DNA of 64,000 bases from assembly GCA_002437665.1 (NCBI GenBank), contig DJQW01000001.1, forward strand, positions 297,492-361,491, read 5' to 3'. The DNA is from Alphaproteobacteria bacterium UBA6376. GTDB lineage: Bacteria > Pseudomonadota > Alphaproteobacteria > Rs-D84. Of the stretch, positions 34,052 through 44,800 are shown piece after piece. Position numbers and translations under genes: made by a program. The notes below the pieces were generated by a model. The model was not told the origin of the DNA. It ran no database searches and saw nothing but the letters and a program-made list of their open reading frames with translations. Numbering within the stretch: the stretch's first letter is position 1; every line of letters starts with the position of its first letter.

Positions 34052-34271
34052 GAAATTCCCCAAAACATGGCTCGTCCATGTTTTTGGGAATTTGGGTTTA
34101 GTGGTGGTAAAGGGAAGCGAACCCGAATGGGTAAAATGGTGTTCGCTTACGAGTTGGATTTTGCAAGCGCAGCGCGGCGAAATCCGTACGAGTGGTGAGG
34201 CGTCAGTCCGAACATTCCTTTTGCCCCTGCCAGAAAATCCCCAAAACATGGCTTGTTCATGTTTTTGGAAA
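34033..34271. repeat. 58-bp direct repeat pair (34033..34090 and 34214..34271, offset 181 bp)
   Basis: The repeat duplicates the last 19 nt of tRNA-Trp plus its terminator hairpin, around a 123-bp insert. attccttttgcccctgccagaaa[t/a]tccccaaaacatggct[c/t]gt[c/t]catgtttttgg occurs twice. Confidence 0.9.
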
Positions 34272-34319
34272 AGTGGCGGATTTCTGGGGATTTGATGGTC
34301 AAATATAGTGGGCGAATTT

Positions 34320-34502
34320 ATGAAAAAAATTATTGATTATGTTAAATCGGTTCGCAGTGAATGGTTCAAGATTGTATGGCCATCACGCGACACTGTTATT
34401 CGTGCAACTATCATGATTCTGACGTTTTCTGCGTTGGCGGCACTGTTCTTCTTTTTGGTGGATGGTGCGCTGAATGTCATCGTGGGCTGGATTTTCAAGT
34501 AA
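34320..34502 (+). CDS. secE: Preprotein translocase subunit SecE
   Basis: MKKIIDYVKSVRSEWFKIVWPSRDTVIRATIMILTFSAL... Single TM. Position between tRNA-Trp and nusG. Confidence 0.88.
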   Translation: MKKIIDYVKSVRSEWFKIVWPSRDTVIRATIMILTFSALAALFFFLVDGALNVIVGWIFK

Positions 34503-34527
34503 TACAAACGGGCAAGGGGAATGCATC

Positions 34528-35061
34528 ATGGAAGAAAAAATGCAATGGTTTGTTGTAAACGTTCATACTGGCTGTGAAGACAAGGTTGCCCGCGGCCTGC
34601 GTGAACAGATTGACAAGCGTCGCTTGAATGCGTTGTTTGGCGAAATCTTGGTGCCAACGCGTGAGGTTACAGAAATCAAGGGCGGCAAGCGTGTTAAATC
34701 TGAAAAGAAGTTTTTCCCAGGGTACATTGTTGTTCAGATGGTTTTGAACAATGAAACATTTTCCTTGGTGAAATTGATGCCCCAGGTTGTTATGTTCTTG
34801 GGTGCAAAGAATAAGCCAATCGCCGTCAGCGAAGAGGAAGCGCGTCGCCTGCAAAAACAGGTCGAAGAGGGTGCTGTTTCTGTCGAAGATGTTGAATATG
34901 AGGTTGGTCAAGAAGTGCATGTTATCGATGGCCCATTCAATGGTTTTAATGGCATCGTGGCAGAGGTTGACAATCTGAAACAAAAAATGACCGCGACGAT
35001 TTTGGTATTTGGCCGTGAAACCAGCGTTGAATTGAACTTTAACGAAGTTGAACGCGTCTAA
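34528..35061 (+). CDS. nusG: Transcription termination/antitermination factor NusG
   Basis: WFVVNVHTGCEDKV NGN domain and a KOW motif (VHVIDGPFNGFNGIVAEV). SD AAGGGGA is 7 nt upstream. Confidence 0.93.
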   Translation: MEEKMQWFVVNVHTGCEDKVARGLREQIDKRRLNALFGEILVPTREVTEIKGGKRVKSEKKFFPGYIVVQMVLNNETFSLVKLMPQVVMFLGAKNKPIAVSEEEARRLQKQVEEGAVSVEDVEYEVGQEVHVIDGPFNGFNGIVAEVDNLKQKMTATILVFGRETSVELNFNEVERV

Positions 35062-35166
35062 GTAAAAAAAGAGTTTTTTGGATTTTTGCGGGCGACCGCT
35101 AAAAATTCGGGTGGGAGATGCGCCACATCGTACCGCCGCACTAACCAAAACAAATGGAGTGAACAA

Positions 35167-35598
35167 ATGGCAAAAAAAGAACTGAAAGGGATTGTCAAAC
35201 TGGTCGTCCCTGCAAAACAAGCGAATCCTGCGCCACCTATTGGGCCAGCGTTGGGTGCTGCTGGTGTGAACATCGCAGAATTCTGCAAACAATTTAACGA
35301 CAAAACAGCTGACAAAGAACCGGGTATGCCGATTCCTTGCATTATCACTGTTTATACTGACCGCAGTTTCGAATTTATCATGAAATTGCCACCAGTGTCG
35401 TACTACATCAAGAAAGCGTTGAAATTGAAATCTGGTTCGAAAAAGCCAGGTCGCGATTTTGTCGGCACTATCTCGAAAGAACAGGTAAAGCAGATTGCAG
35501 AAAGCAAAATGCCGGACTTGAATTGCTCTACCATTGAATCCGCTATGAACATCGTTGCGGGTCAATGCCGTTCTATGGGCGTAAAGGTGGAGGAATAA
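35167..35598 (+). CDS. rplK: 50S ribosomal protein L11
   Basis: [30 protein letters not shown]. Confidence 0.96.
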   Translation: MAKKELKGIVKLVVPAKQANPAPPIGPALGAAGVNIAEFCKQFNDKTADKEPGMPIPCIITVYTDRSFEFIMKLPPVSYYIKKALKLKSGSKKPGRDFVGTISKEQVKQIAESKMPDLNCSTIESAMNIVAGQCRSMGVKVEE

Positions 35599-35601
35599 GA
35601 C

Positions 35602-36276
35602 ATGAAACTGACAAAAAGACAAAAGACATGGGCGAACTTGGACACAGACAAAGTGTATTCTTTGGCTGATGCAATCGAAACCTTGCGTGGTTATACGTCC
35701 AAGAAATTCGACGAAAGCTTGGAAATCGCAATCAAATTGGGTATCGATATTACCAAGGCCGATCAGAACATTCGTGGTATGCTGTCCTTGCCAAATGGTA
35801 CGGGTAAAACAGTCCGCGTTGCAGTTTTTACTGTAAACAGCGCAGACGAAGCAACCAAAGCGGGTGCTGACATCGTTGGCGGCGAAGACCTGATTGAAAA
35901 GGTTGCCGGTGGCGAAATCAATTTCGACCGCGTTATCGCGACGCCTGATATGATGCCAAAAATGTCAAAGATTGCACGTATCTTGGGGCCAAAGGGTTTG
36001 ATGCCGAATCCAAAATTGGGTACGGTTACAAACAACGTTGCCGAAGCTGTTAAAACAGCCAAAGCAGGCCAGATTGAATACCGTGCAGAAAAGAAGGGTA
36101 TCATTCACGCCGGTATCGGTAAAATGTCATTTACCACAGATCAGTTGGTTGAAAATGCGAATGCATTGATTGACCAGTTGAAAAAGATAAAACCATCTTC
36201 TTCCAAAGGCCAGTATATCTTGGGCGCGTCCGTTGCGACAACCCAGGGCCCAGGTCTGAAAGTTGATGTAAAATAA
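35602..36276 (+). CDS. rplA: 50S ribosomal protein L1
   Basis: Conserved L1 sequence and operon position. Confidence 0.96.
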   Translation: MKLTKRQKTWANLDTDKVYSLADAIETLRGYTSKKFDESLEIAIKLGIDITKADQNIRGMLSLPNGTGKTVRVAVFTVNSADEATKAGADIVGGEDLIEKVAGGEINFDRVIATPDMMPKMSKIARILGPKGLMPNPKLGTVTNNVAEAVKTAKAGQIEYRAEKKGIIHAGIGKMSFTTDQLVENANALIDQLKKIKPSSSKGQYILGASVATTQGPGLKVDVK

Positions 36277-36310
36277 GTTGTGTTCTGGTGTGGCACACGC
36301 CGCCCCAGAA

Positions 36311-36391
36311 CAAAGTTCAAATACCAAAGTGCAAAGTTCAAAAATTAGAAATACAATAATTTGAACTTTGAACTCTGAACTTTGAACTTTT
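36311..36391. repeat. Heptad-periodic repeat pair forming an imperfect long hairpin in the rplA-rplJ spacer
   Basis: The left arm 36311..36342 is a 32/32 reverse-complement match to 60493..60524. The right arm is (tttgaac)n at 36360..36391. Confidence 0.85.
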
Positions 36392-36399
36392 AATAGAGA

Positions 36400-36567
36400 T
36401 TTCTGTCCGTGACTGATGGTGTTGGCGACAACTTAATTTCCATCATAGACAAAGAAAAAATTCTTTGGGGCAGGAACGAAGCCCCATCTCAGAGAAATCT
36501 GGGTGGAAAGTTTAACAAAGCAGGGATTTTAGGGGTGACCCTGAAATCTGGAAGTAAAGGATAAAAT
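36400..36567 (+). promoter_or_regulatory. Probable L10 (rplJ) leader region
   Basis: Assigned by position upstream of rplJ, where L10(L12)4 autoregulation usually acts. Structure not verified. Confidence 0.3.
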
Positions 36568-37044
36568 ATGAGACGCGAAGAAAAATCAGATTTGATTTCA
36601 GCGTTGCAGTCGTCCTTGAAAGATGCAAACGGTGTTTTCGTTGTTGAAAACCACGGCTTGACTGTGAAAGAATTGGAAGGCCTGCGTAATGAATTGCGCC
36701 CATTGGTCTCTGTTTTCAAAGTTGTTAAAAACCGTTTGATGAAATTGGCGTTGAAAGACACCAATTTTGAACCTGTGTCCGAAATGATGAAACGTCCAAC
36801 CGCGGTTGCTGTTGCAACAGACGGTTTGGCGGTTACCAAGGTTTTGGCAAAGTTCGCCGAAGAACATCCAAACCTGACCATCGTTGGTGGTAAAATGGAC
36901 GCAGATGTCTTGGACAAAGACGGCATTGTGCAATTATCCAAACTGCCATCCCTGTTGGAAATCCGTGGCACTATCGCGCGTATCTTGGTCGAACCAGCGT
37001 CGCGCTTGGCACGTGTTTCAGCAGAGTATGGAAAGAAAAATTAA
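36568..37044 (+). CDS. rplJ: 50S ribosomal protein L10
   Basis: Conserved L10 sequence and operon position. Confidence 0.93.
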   Translation: MRREEKSDLISALQSSLKDANGVFVVENHGLTVKELEGLRNELRPLVSVFKVVKNRLMKLALKDTNFEPVSEMMKRPTAVAVATDGLAVTKVLAKFAEEHPNLTIVGGKMDADVLDKDGIVQLSKLPSLLEIRGTIARILVEPASRLARVSAEYGKKN

Positions 37045-37094
37045 TATCAAAATGGCAACATTTTGATTTAGCTAAACTAAATAGGAGCTAAAAA

Positions 37095-37460
37095 ATGGCA
37101 GACATTCAAAAATTAGTTGAAGAATTGTCAAAATTGACCGTTTTGGAAGCAGTTGAACTGTCCAAAGCGTTGGAAGAAACATGGGGCGTTTCCGCCGCCG
37201 CTGCAGTTGCAGTAGCCGCTGGCCCAGCCGCCGCAGCAGCCGAAGAAAAGACAGAATTTGACGTCGTCTTGGCTGAAATCGGTGCAAACAAATTGGCTGT
37301 TATCAAGGCAGTTAAAGAAATGACTGGTTTGGGCTTGGGCGAAGCGAAAGCTTTGGTCGAATCTGCACCAAAGGCAGTCAAAGAAGCCGTTGCAAAAGAT
37401 GAAGCTGAAAAAATGAAAGCGACATTGGAAGCAGCCGGTGCCAAGGTTGAATTGAAGTAA
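37095..37460 (+). CDS. rplL: 50S ribosomal protein L7/L12
   Basis: Ala-rich hinge and the C-terminal [19 protein letters not shown] motif. Confidence 0.96.
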   Translation: MADIQKLVEELSKLTVLEAVELSKALEETWGVSAAAAVAVAAGPAAAAAEEKTEFDVVLAEIGANKLAVIKAVKEMTGLGLGEAKALVESAPKAVKEAVAKDEAEKMKATLEAAGAKVELK

Positions 37461-37621
37461 TTCAGCCCGCCGGATTAAATTCTGGCAAAATATAAAAAGT
37501 CGCGGTTTTCCGCGCAACGTTCTGGGCCCACCAGTGGATTTTTCCACGGTGGGCGCACAGGCGTAAAAAGAGTTTGAAATAGTTTCGTTTGCAAAACGCA
37601 CAAAAAAAAGGATTGATACCC

Positions 37622-40600
37622 ATGGCAGTTATCCAGAAATTTAGAAAATCTTTTGGAAAAAGTTTTTTGCAAACTCCGCTTCCTGATCTGGTTGAAATTC
37701 AATATAATTCTTACAAAGATTTCTTGCAGGCCGATGTAGATCCACAAAATCGTAAAAACATGGGGCTGCAAAATGTTTTTTCGTCTATGTTCCCTATCAA
37801 GGACTATGCCGGTATTGCTGATTTGGAATTTGTTGAATATACACTGGACAAACCGGTTTATAACGTCAAAGAATGCATGCTGCGCAATATGACATATTCC
37901 AGCAAGCTGAAATTGAAGCTGAGATTGATTTTGTGGGACATCGCCGAAGACGGTAAAAAAACGTTGCGCGATATCAAAGAACAAGAAATATTTATGGGCG
38001 AAGTGCCGTTGATGACAGAACGCGGCAGCTTTATTGCGTCCGGTGTGGAACGTGTTATCGTTTCACAGATGCATCGTGCCCAAGGTGTTGTTTTCGCAAC
38101 AACCAAAGAAGCCAAAATCGCTGGCAACCCAATCACATATACCGCACGTATTATCCCAGAACACGGCAGTTGGATTGACTTTGAAGAATCCAAGGGTGTC
38201 ATCTATGTTCGTATCGACCGTCGCCGCAAAGTCCCTGCAACCGTGCTGTTGCGTTGCCTGCCGGCCGCCGAAGATGAAAAGAAATTCGCCGCCGACCCAC
38301 GCAAGCCGACAATCCGTGGCATGAGCGATACTGAAATCTTGTCCGCGTTCTATAACCGCATTCCATTGAAATTCGATGGCAAAATGTGGGCGGGCAGCGT
38401 TGACGCGTTCGCGGGTCTGGATAAATACCGTTTGAATTATGATTTAATCAATCCAAAAGATAAAAAGGCATTGGCGTCCAAGGGTGATCGTCTGAACGCG
38501 AAACGTATGGCGAAAATCACCGCCGCGTCCAAAGAATTTGGTATCTTGCCTGAATCTTTGATTGGCGAATATCTGTTTGACCCAATTATGTCTGGCGACG
38601 AAGTCGTATTTCAGGCGGGTACTGAAATCACAGACGAAGTTTTGTCTGATTTGGACAAGATGGGTGTCAAAGAAATCTCGCTGATTGCGATTGATAACAC
38701 AACAGTCACAGCGCACATGCGCAATACATTGGTTGCCGACAAAACAACCAACCGCGAAGAAGCGTTGATTGAAATCTATAACATTATCCGTCCGGGTGAA
38801 CGTCCAACACTGGAAGCAGCAATCAACTTGTTCCTGCGTCAGGGCTTTGATGCGGCGTTCTATGACCTGTCTGCTGTTGGTCGTTTCAAGATGAACAAGC
38901 GTTTGAAGATTGATTCTGGCAAGAAACCAGAAGATGAACGCCTGTTGACCAAGTCCGATTTCTTGGCGGTTTTGAAGACATTGACAAACATCATCGATCA
39001 CAAAGATACAGTTGATGATATTGATAACCTGTCAAATCGTCGTGTACGCGCGGTTGGCGAATTGTTGGAACAGAATTTCCGTACCGGTATGGTTCGTATC
39101 GAACGTCTGGTTCGCGAAAGTTTGTCATCGCCAAACATCGCAAATATGCAGCCACAGGATGTTATCAACGTCAAACCTTTGATGTCGTTGGTATCTGAAT
39201 TTTTGGGTACGTCCCAGTTGTCACAGTTTATGGATGCGTACAATCCATTGTCTGAATTGGAACACAAGCGTCGTATTTCTGCATTGGGCCCAGGGGGACT
39301 GAACCGTGACCGTGCCGGCATCGACGTCCGCGACGTTCACCCAACACACTATGGTCGTTTGTGCCCAATTCACACCCCCGAAGGTGCGAACATTGGTCTG
39401 ATCAACCACTTGGCAACATATGCCCGTGTCAACCCGTATGGCTTTATCGAAACACCATACTATGTTGTTGAAAACGGTCGTGTTACAGACAAGATGGTAT
39501 ACCTGACCGCGGACGAAGAACTGGGTCACAAGATTGCACAGGGTAACACCCCAACAGCAAAAGATGGCACATTGGCCGAAGACACCGTTACCGCGCGTGT
39601 TGATGGCGAATTTACAATGGTGCCAAAAGAAGAAATCGATTTAATCGACGTTGCCCCACGTCAGGTGGTGTCCATCGCAACCGGTTTGATTCCGTTCGTT
39701 GAAAACGACGACGCGAACCGTGCTTTGATGGGTTCAAACATGCAGCGTCAGGCCGTTCCATTGTTGCGCGTTCAGGCCCCATTGGTGGGTACTGGTATCG
39801 AACGCGAAGTGGCGCGCGATTCCCGTACGGGCAAGGTTGCAAAGCACAGCGGTATTGTTGAATCCGTTGATGCGAACCGTATCGTGGTAAAGTGCATGAA
39901 CAGCCGCAACGTCGTAACCGGTGTTGATATTTACAATCTGGAAAAATTTGAACGCAGCAACAGTGAAACATTGATTCACCAGAAGCCATTGGTCAAGGTT
40001 GGCGATCGCATTTCTGCGGGCGACATCATTGCCGACGGTTCATCTATGAACTATGGTGAATTGGCACTGGGGCGCAACGTTCTGGTCGCATTCGTGCCAT
40101 GGCGTGGTTATAACTACGAAGACGCGATTGTTATTTCCGAACGTATTTCCCGCGAAGATATCTTTACATCGGTCAAAATCGTTGAAAAAGAATTCAAGGT
40201 TCGTGATACCCAGTTGGGCCCAGAAAGTTTCACACGCGACATTCCAAACGTCAGCGAAGAAGCACTGAAAAATCTGGACGAATCCGGTATCATTTATGTC
40301 GGTGCACGCGTGAAACAGGGCGACATCTTGGTCGGTCGTGTTTCGCCAAAATCCGAAACGTTGCTGACCCCCGAAGAAGCGTTGCTGCGCAACATCTTTG
40401 GTGAAAAGGCATTGAACGTCAAGGATACATCACTGCGCGTTGGCCCGAACGAAGAAGGTACAGTTATCGGTGTGAACGTCTTGACCCGTCATGGGGTAAA
40501 GAAAGACGAACGTACCCAGATGATTGAATTGCAAAAGATTGAAAAAATCAACAAAGACCGCGATGAAGAAACATCTATCATCGAAAAGGGCTTTGCAGAC

Positions 40601-41758
40601 CAGATTTTCCAAATCGCCGAAGGTGAAACGATTGATTCTGGCACGGGCAGTTTGAAACCATTCGTCGGCAAGAAATTGACCGCCGAAGTATTCGAAGGTA
40701 TCAAACCAGCTGACATCAAGAAATTGGTTGTCCGCAACAAAGAAGCCCAGGCCAAGATTGATGAATTGCGTGAACAGCATATTGCAAAACTGAAAGCGTT
40801 GAACGAAAAAGCCGACGCCGAAGTTGCCAAGACCACAGAAAGCAATTCGCTGAATGCGGGTGTCTTGAAAGAGGTCAAGGTTTATATCGCACACAAGATG
40901 AAATTGCAGCCGGGTGATAAAATGGCAGGTCGTCACGGGAACAAGGGTATTGTATCCAAGGTTGTTCCAATCGAAGACATGCCATACATGGAAGACGGTA
41001 CACCAGTTGATATCGTTTTGAACCCGCTGGGTGTGCCATCACGTATGAACATCGGTCAGATTTTGGAAACCCACCTTGGTATGGCGGGCCGCACATTGGG
41101 CCAGCAGATTGGCGATGTCTTGGAAGAAGTCAAGGCAAAGCGTGCTGTGACCGATGACCTGCGCACCATCATGGGCAAGGTTTATGGCAAAGAAACCGCT
41201 GAAAAGTTGGAAAAGATGACGGACACAGATGTCCGCGCCGAAGCAGCCCTGTTGCGCGACGGTGTGCCAATGGCAACCCCAACATTCGACGGTGCAACGC
41301 CCGAAGACATTCGCAGTATGCTGAAATTGGCAAAACTGCCAGAATCTGGTCAGTTCACAATGTACGATGGTATGACAGGCGAAAAATTCGCACGTCCAGT
41401 TACCGTTGGTGTTATGTACATGATGAAACTGCATCACTTTGTTGATGAAAAGATTCACGCGCGTTCGATTGGCAATTACTCGTTGGTAACACAACAGCCA
41501 TTGTCAGGTAAGGCGCACATGGGTGGCCAGCGTTTGGGTGAAATGGAAGTGTGGGCATTGGAAGCACACGGTGCTGCGCACTTGCTGCGCGAAATGCTGA
41601 CTGTCAAGTCGGACGATATCGTCGGCCGTAACAAGATGTACGAAGCCATCATATCCGGCAGCAACGATATCCAGACCGGCACACCAGAAGCATTCAACGT
41701 ATTCGTTCGCGAATTGCGTGGTTTGGGTCTGGCGATGACACCAAAGAAAATTGACTAA
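37622..41758 (+). CDS. rpoB: DNA-directed RNA polymerase subunit beta
   Basis: Full-length conserved RpoB. ATG at 37622 is preceded by AAGGA. Confidence 0.97.
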   Translation: MAVIQKFRKSFGKSFLQTPLPDLVEIQYNSYKDFLQADVDPQNRKNMGLQNVFSSMFPIKDYAGIADLEFVEYTLDKPVYNVKECMLRNMTYSSKLKLKLRLILWDIAEDGKKTLRDIKEQEIFMGEVPLMTERGSFIASGVERVIVSQMHRAQGVVFATTKEAKIAGNPITYTARIIPEHGSWIDFEESKGVIYVRIDRRRKVPATVLLRCLPAAEDEKKFAADPRKPTIRGMSDTEILSAFYNRIPLKFDGKMWAGSVDAFAGLDKYRLNYDLINPKDKKALASKGDRLNAKRMAKITAASKEFGILPESLIGEYLFDPIMSGDEVVFQAGTEITDEVLSDLDKMGVKEISLIAIDNTTVTAHMRNTLVADKTTNREEALIEIYNIIRPGERPTLEAAINLFLRQGFDAAFYDLSAVGRFKMNKRLKIDSGKKPEDERLLTKSDFLAVLKTLTNIIDHKDTVDDIDNLSNRRVRAVGELLEQNFRTGMVRIERLVRESLSSPNIANMQPQDVINVKPLMSLVSEFLGTSQLSQFMDAYNPLSELEHKRRISALGPGGLNRDRAGIDVRDVHPTHYGRLCPIHTPEGANIGLINHLATYARVNPYGFIETPYYVVENGRVTDKMVYLTADEELGHKIAQGNTPTAKDGTLAEDTVTARVDGEFTMVPKEEIDLIDVAPRQVVSIATGLIPFVENDDANRALMGSNMQRQAVPLLRVQAPLVGTGIEREVARDSRTGKVAKHSGIVESVDANRIVVKCMNSRNVVTGVDIYNLEKFERSNSETLIHQKPLVKVGDRISAGDIIADGSSMNYGELALGRNVLVAFVPWRGYNYEDAIVISERISREDIFTSVKIVEKEFKVRDTQLGPESFTRDIPNVSEEALKNLDESGIIYVGARVKQGDILVGRVSPKSETLLTPEEALLRNIFGEKALNVKDTSLRVGPNEEGTVIGVNVLTRHGVKKDERTQMIELQKIEKINKDRDEETSIIEKGFADQIFQIAEGETIDSGTGSLKPFVGKKLTAEVFEGIKPADIKKLVVRNKEAQAKIDELREQHIAKLKALNEKADAEVAKTTESNSLNAGVLKEVKVYIAHKMKLQPGDKMAGRHGNKGIVSKVVPIEDMPYMEDGTPVDIVLNPLGVPSRMNIGQILETHLGMAGRTLGQQIGDVLEEVKAKRAVTDDLRTIMGKVYGKETAEKLEKMTDTDVRAEAALLRDGVPMATPTFDGATPEDIRSMLKLAKLPESGQFTMYDGMTGEKFARPVTVGVMYMMKLHHFVDEKIHARSIGNYSLVTQQPLSGKAHMGGQRLGEMEVWALEAHGAAHLLREMLTVKSDDIVGRNKMYEAIISGSNDIQTGTPEAFNVFVRELRGLGLAMTPKKID

Positions 41759-41832
41759 AAATCGACCGTGGCGGCGGAAACGCCGTCACGGACAAAGGCA
41801 TTTTGAACAGCGACTTGAAAGGAGCAAAATTT

Positions 41833-44800
41833 ATGACCAATATGTTGCAGAAGATTTTCGGACAAATTGAAACCAAGGAACAGTTTGACGCCCTGCGCAT
41901 CACCATCGCGTCACCAGAAGAAATTCTGTCCTGGTCCCATGGCGAAGTAAAAAAGCCCGAAACTATCAACTATCATTCTTTGAAACCAGAGGCAGAAGGT
42001 TTGTTCTGCCAGCAGATTTTTGGTCCAGTCAAAGATTACGAATGCGCCTGCGGAAAATATAAAAGAATCAAGTTCCGTGGCGTCGTTTGCGAACGTTGCG
42101 GTGTCGAAGTTGGTTCTTCGTCCGTTCGTCGTGAACGTATGGGACACATTAAATTGGCAATGCCTGTTGCGCACACATGGTTCTTGCGCGAAGGTAAAAT
42201 TGCCACATTGTTGAACAATCTGCCCCAGAAAAAATTGGAACAGGTTATTTCGTACGATGCGTATATCGTTATTGAACCAGGTTTGACCAACCTGAAACAG
42301 TACGACGTCATCAGCGAAGATGAATATCAAAGCGCGGTCGAAGAATTTGGCGCAGACGCATTCCGCGTTGGCATCGGTGCCGAAGGTGTCCGCAGCATTA
42401 TCGCCAATCTGGACATGGGCGACGAACGTACACGCCTGCGTGCCGAATTGGCCGAAACAAAATCCGAAGCAAAACGCAAAGGTTTGATTAAACAGTTGAA
42501 ACTGGTCGAAGCATTCTTGGATTCCAAAACAGATCCAGCATGGATGTTGCCAGATATCATTCCTGTTATCCCACCAGATATGCGTCCATTGGTAACATTG
42601 GATGCGGGTCACGTTGCTGCATCTGACCTGAACGATTTGTATCGTCGTGTTATTATTCGTAACAACCGTCTGAAACGTTTTCAGGAAATGCACGCACCAG
42701 ACATCATTGTCCGCAATGAAAAACGTATGTTGCAAGAAGCCGTTGATTCCTTGTTCGATAACGGACACAAGGCACGCCCAATGGTTTCCCAGAACCGTCG
42801 TCCATTGAAATCACTGTCTGATTCATTGCGTGGTAAATCCGGTCGTTTCCGTATGAACATGTTGGGTAAACGTGTGGACTATTCCGGCCGTTCGGTTATT
42901 GTGTCTGGACCATCACTGAAATTGCATCAGGTTGGTTTGCCAAAGACAATGGCACTGGAATTGTTCAAACCATTCGTTTATGCACGTCTGTTGGCGGGTG
43001 ATTATGCAAACACATTGAAAACCGCGCGCAAGATGGTTGAAAACGGCGAAGATGTCGTTTGGGAAATCTTGGAAAAGGTTATTTACCAACACCCAGTTCT
43101 GTTGAACCGTGCGCCATCATTGCACCGTTTGTCACTGTTGGCATTTGAACCAGTTTTGATTGAAGGCAAGGCAATTCGTCTGCACCCACTGGTCTGCAAG
43201 GGCTTTAACGCTGACTTCGACGGTGACCAGATGTCCGTGCACGTTCCAATTTCATTGGAAGCACAACTGGAAGCGCGCACATTGATGTTGTCGTCTAACA
43301 ACGTTTTGTCACCTGCGAACGGTGAACCAATGATTGTACCGGCCCAGGACATGGTTTTGGGTGTGTACTACATCTCGTTGATTGATGGCGAACACACAGA
43401 TAAATCACCACGTTTTGCAAACATGGACGAAGTGAAAATGGCGTTGGAAAATCATTCCATCACATTGCACACACCAATCGTTGCACGTATCAATGGCAAG
43501 ATTTATAAAACAACAGCCGGCCGCATGATTTTGGGCGAACTGTTGCCAAAATCTGAAAAGATGCCATTTGATTTGGTGAACAAGGTTATGCCAGTAAAAG
43601 AAATCAAGGCACTGTTGGCGACAACATACGAACGTTGCGGCGACAAGGCGATGATTAAACTGGCCGACGATTTGAAGAATACCGGCTTTGAACAGGCGGC
43701 GCGCAGTGGTATTTCCATCGGGTTTGATGATATTATCATTCCAGAAGAAAAGAAAACCATGATTGCCGACGCTGAAAAGGCGGCCGAAGAAATTGAATCA
43801 CAGTATCAGAACGGTTTGCTGTCTGGCGGTGAACGTCACAACAAACTGATTGACCTGTGGCAGAAAACAACCGATAAACTGGGTGATTTGGCGTATGCCG
43901 CACTGGGCAAGACAACGGGCGAAAATTGGAACTCGGTTCTGATGATGGCTCTGTCTGGCGCGCGTGGTTCAAAACGTCAGATTCAGCAGTTGGCGGGTAT
44001 GCGTGGTATGATGCAGAAACCAGACGGTTCTATTATCGAAGTTCCTATTATTTCGAACTTCAAGGAAGGTCTGACCATGTCTGAATACTTTACGTCCACC
44101 CACGGTGCGCGTAAAGGTATGTCGGATACCGCGTTGAAAACCGCTGACGCTGGTTACTTGACTCGTCGTCTGGTTGAATTGGCCCAGAATACTGTTATTA
44201 CAGAACATGATTGCGGTACGACAGAATACATCACAGCAAAGCCAGTATATCAGGGTTCAACCCTGTCGGTTGCGCTGGGCGACGTTGTTCTGGGACGTAC
44301 GGCGGCACACGACATCATTCACCCAATTACCAAGGAAGTTATCGTTCCTGCCGGTGAATTGATTACCAAGACCGCTGCGAAACAAATCAATGAATCAGGC
44401 CTGCCATCTGTTGATGTGCGCAGTGTTCTGACATGTTGCAGTGACGGTCTGTGTGCAAAATGCTATGGTATGGATTTGTCGCGTAATGCGCTGGTTCATG
44501 TCGGCGAAGCGGTCGGCGTTATCGCTGGTCAATCCATTGGTGAACCTGGTACACAGTTGACGTTGCGTACCTTCCACATCGGTGGTGTTGCGGCCGGTGG
44601 CGCAGAAAGCCACTTTATCGAAGTCCCAGTTGCTGGTACAATCAAACTGACGGGTGTGAACACAATTAAAAACACCGCGGGTCGTGTGGTTGTCCTGTCG
44701 CGTAATGGCGAATTGGCGGTTGTTGATGCCAAGGGCGAAACATTGTTCTCGTGCGCATTGCCATACGCTGCTATGTTGATTGTCAACGATGGCGACACGG

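Noticed and set aside
28006-34271. Integrative conjugative element at tRNA-Trp carrying the virB-like genes.
   Set aside because: No integrase or relaxase is present. The duplicated tRNA-Trp 3' end lies on the secE side, not around the virB-like genes, and the far side is bounded by repeats rather than an att copy.
34495-35622. 375-aa ORF on the minus strand.
   Set aside because: It is entirely antisense to nusG and rplK, whose identities are unambiguous. Its composition (many F/H/C/Q/N runs) is typical of the antisense frame of a conserved gene.
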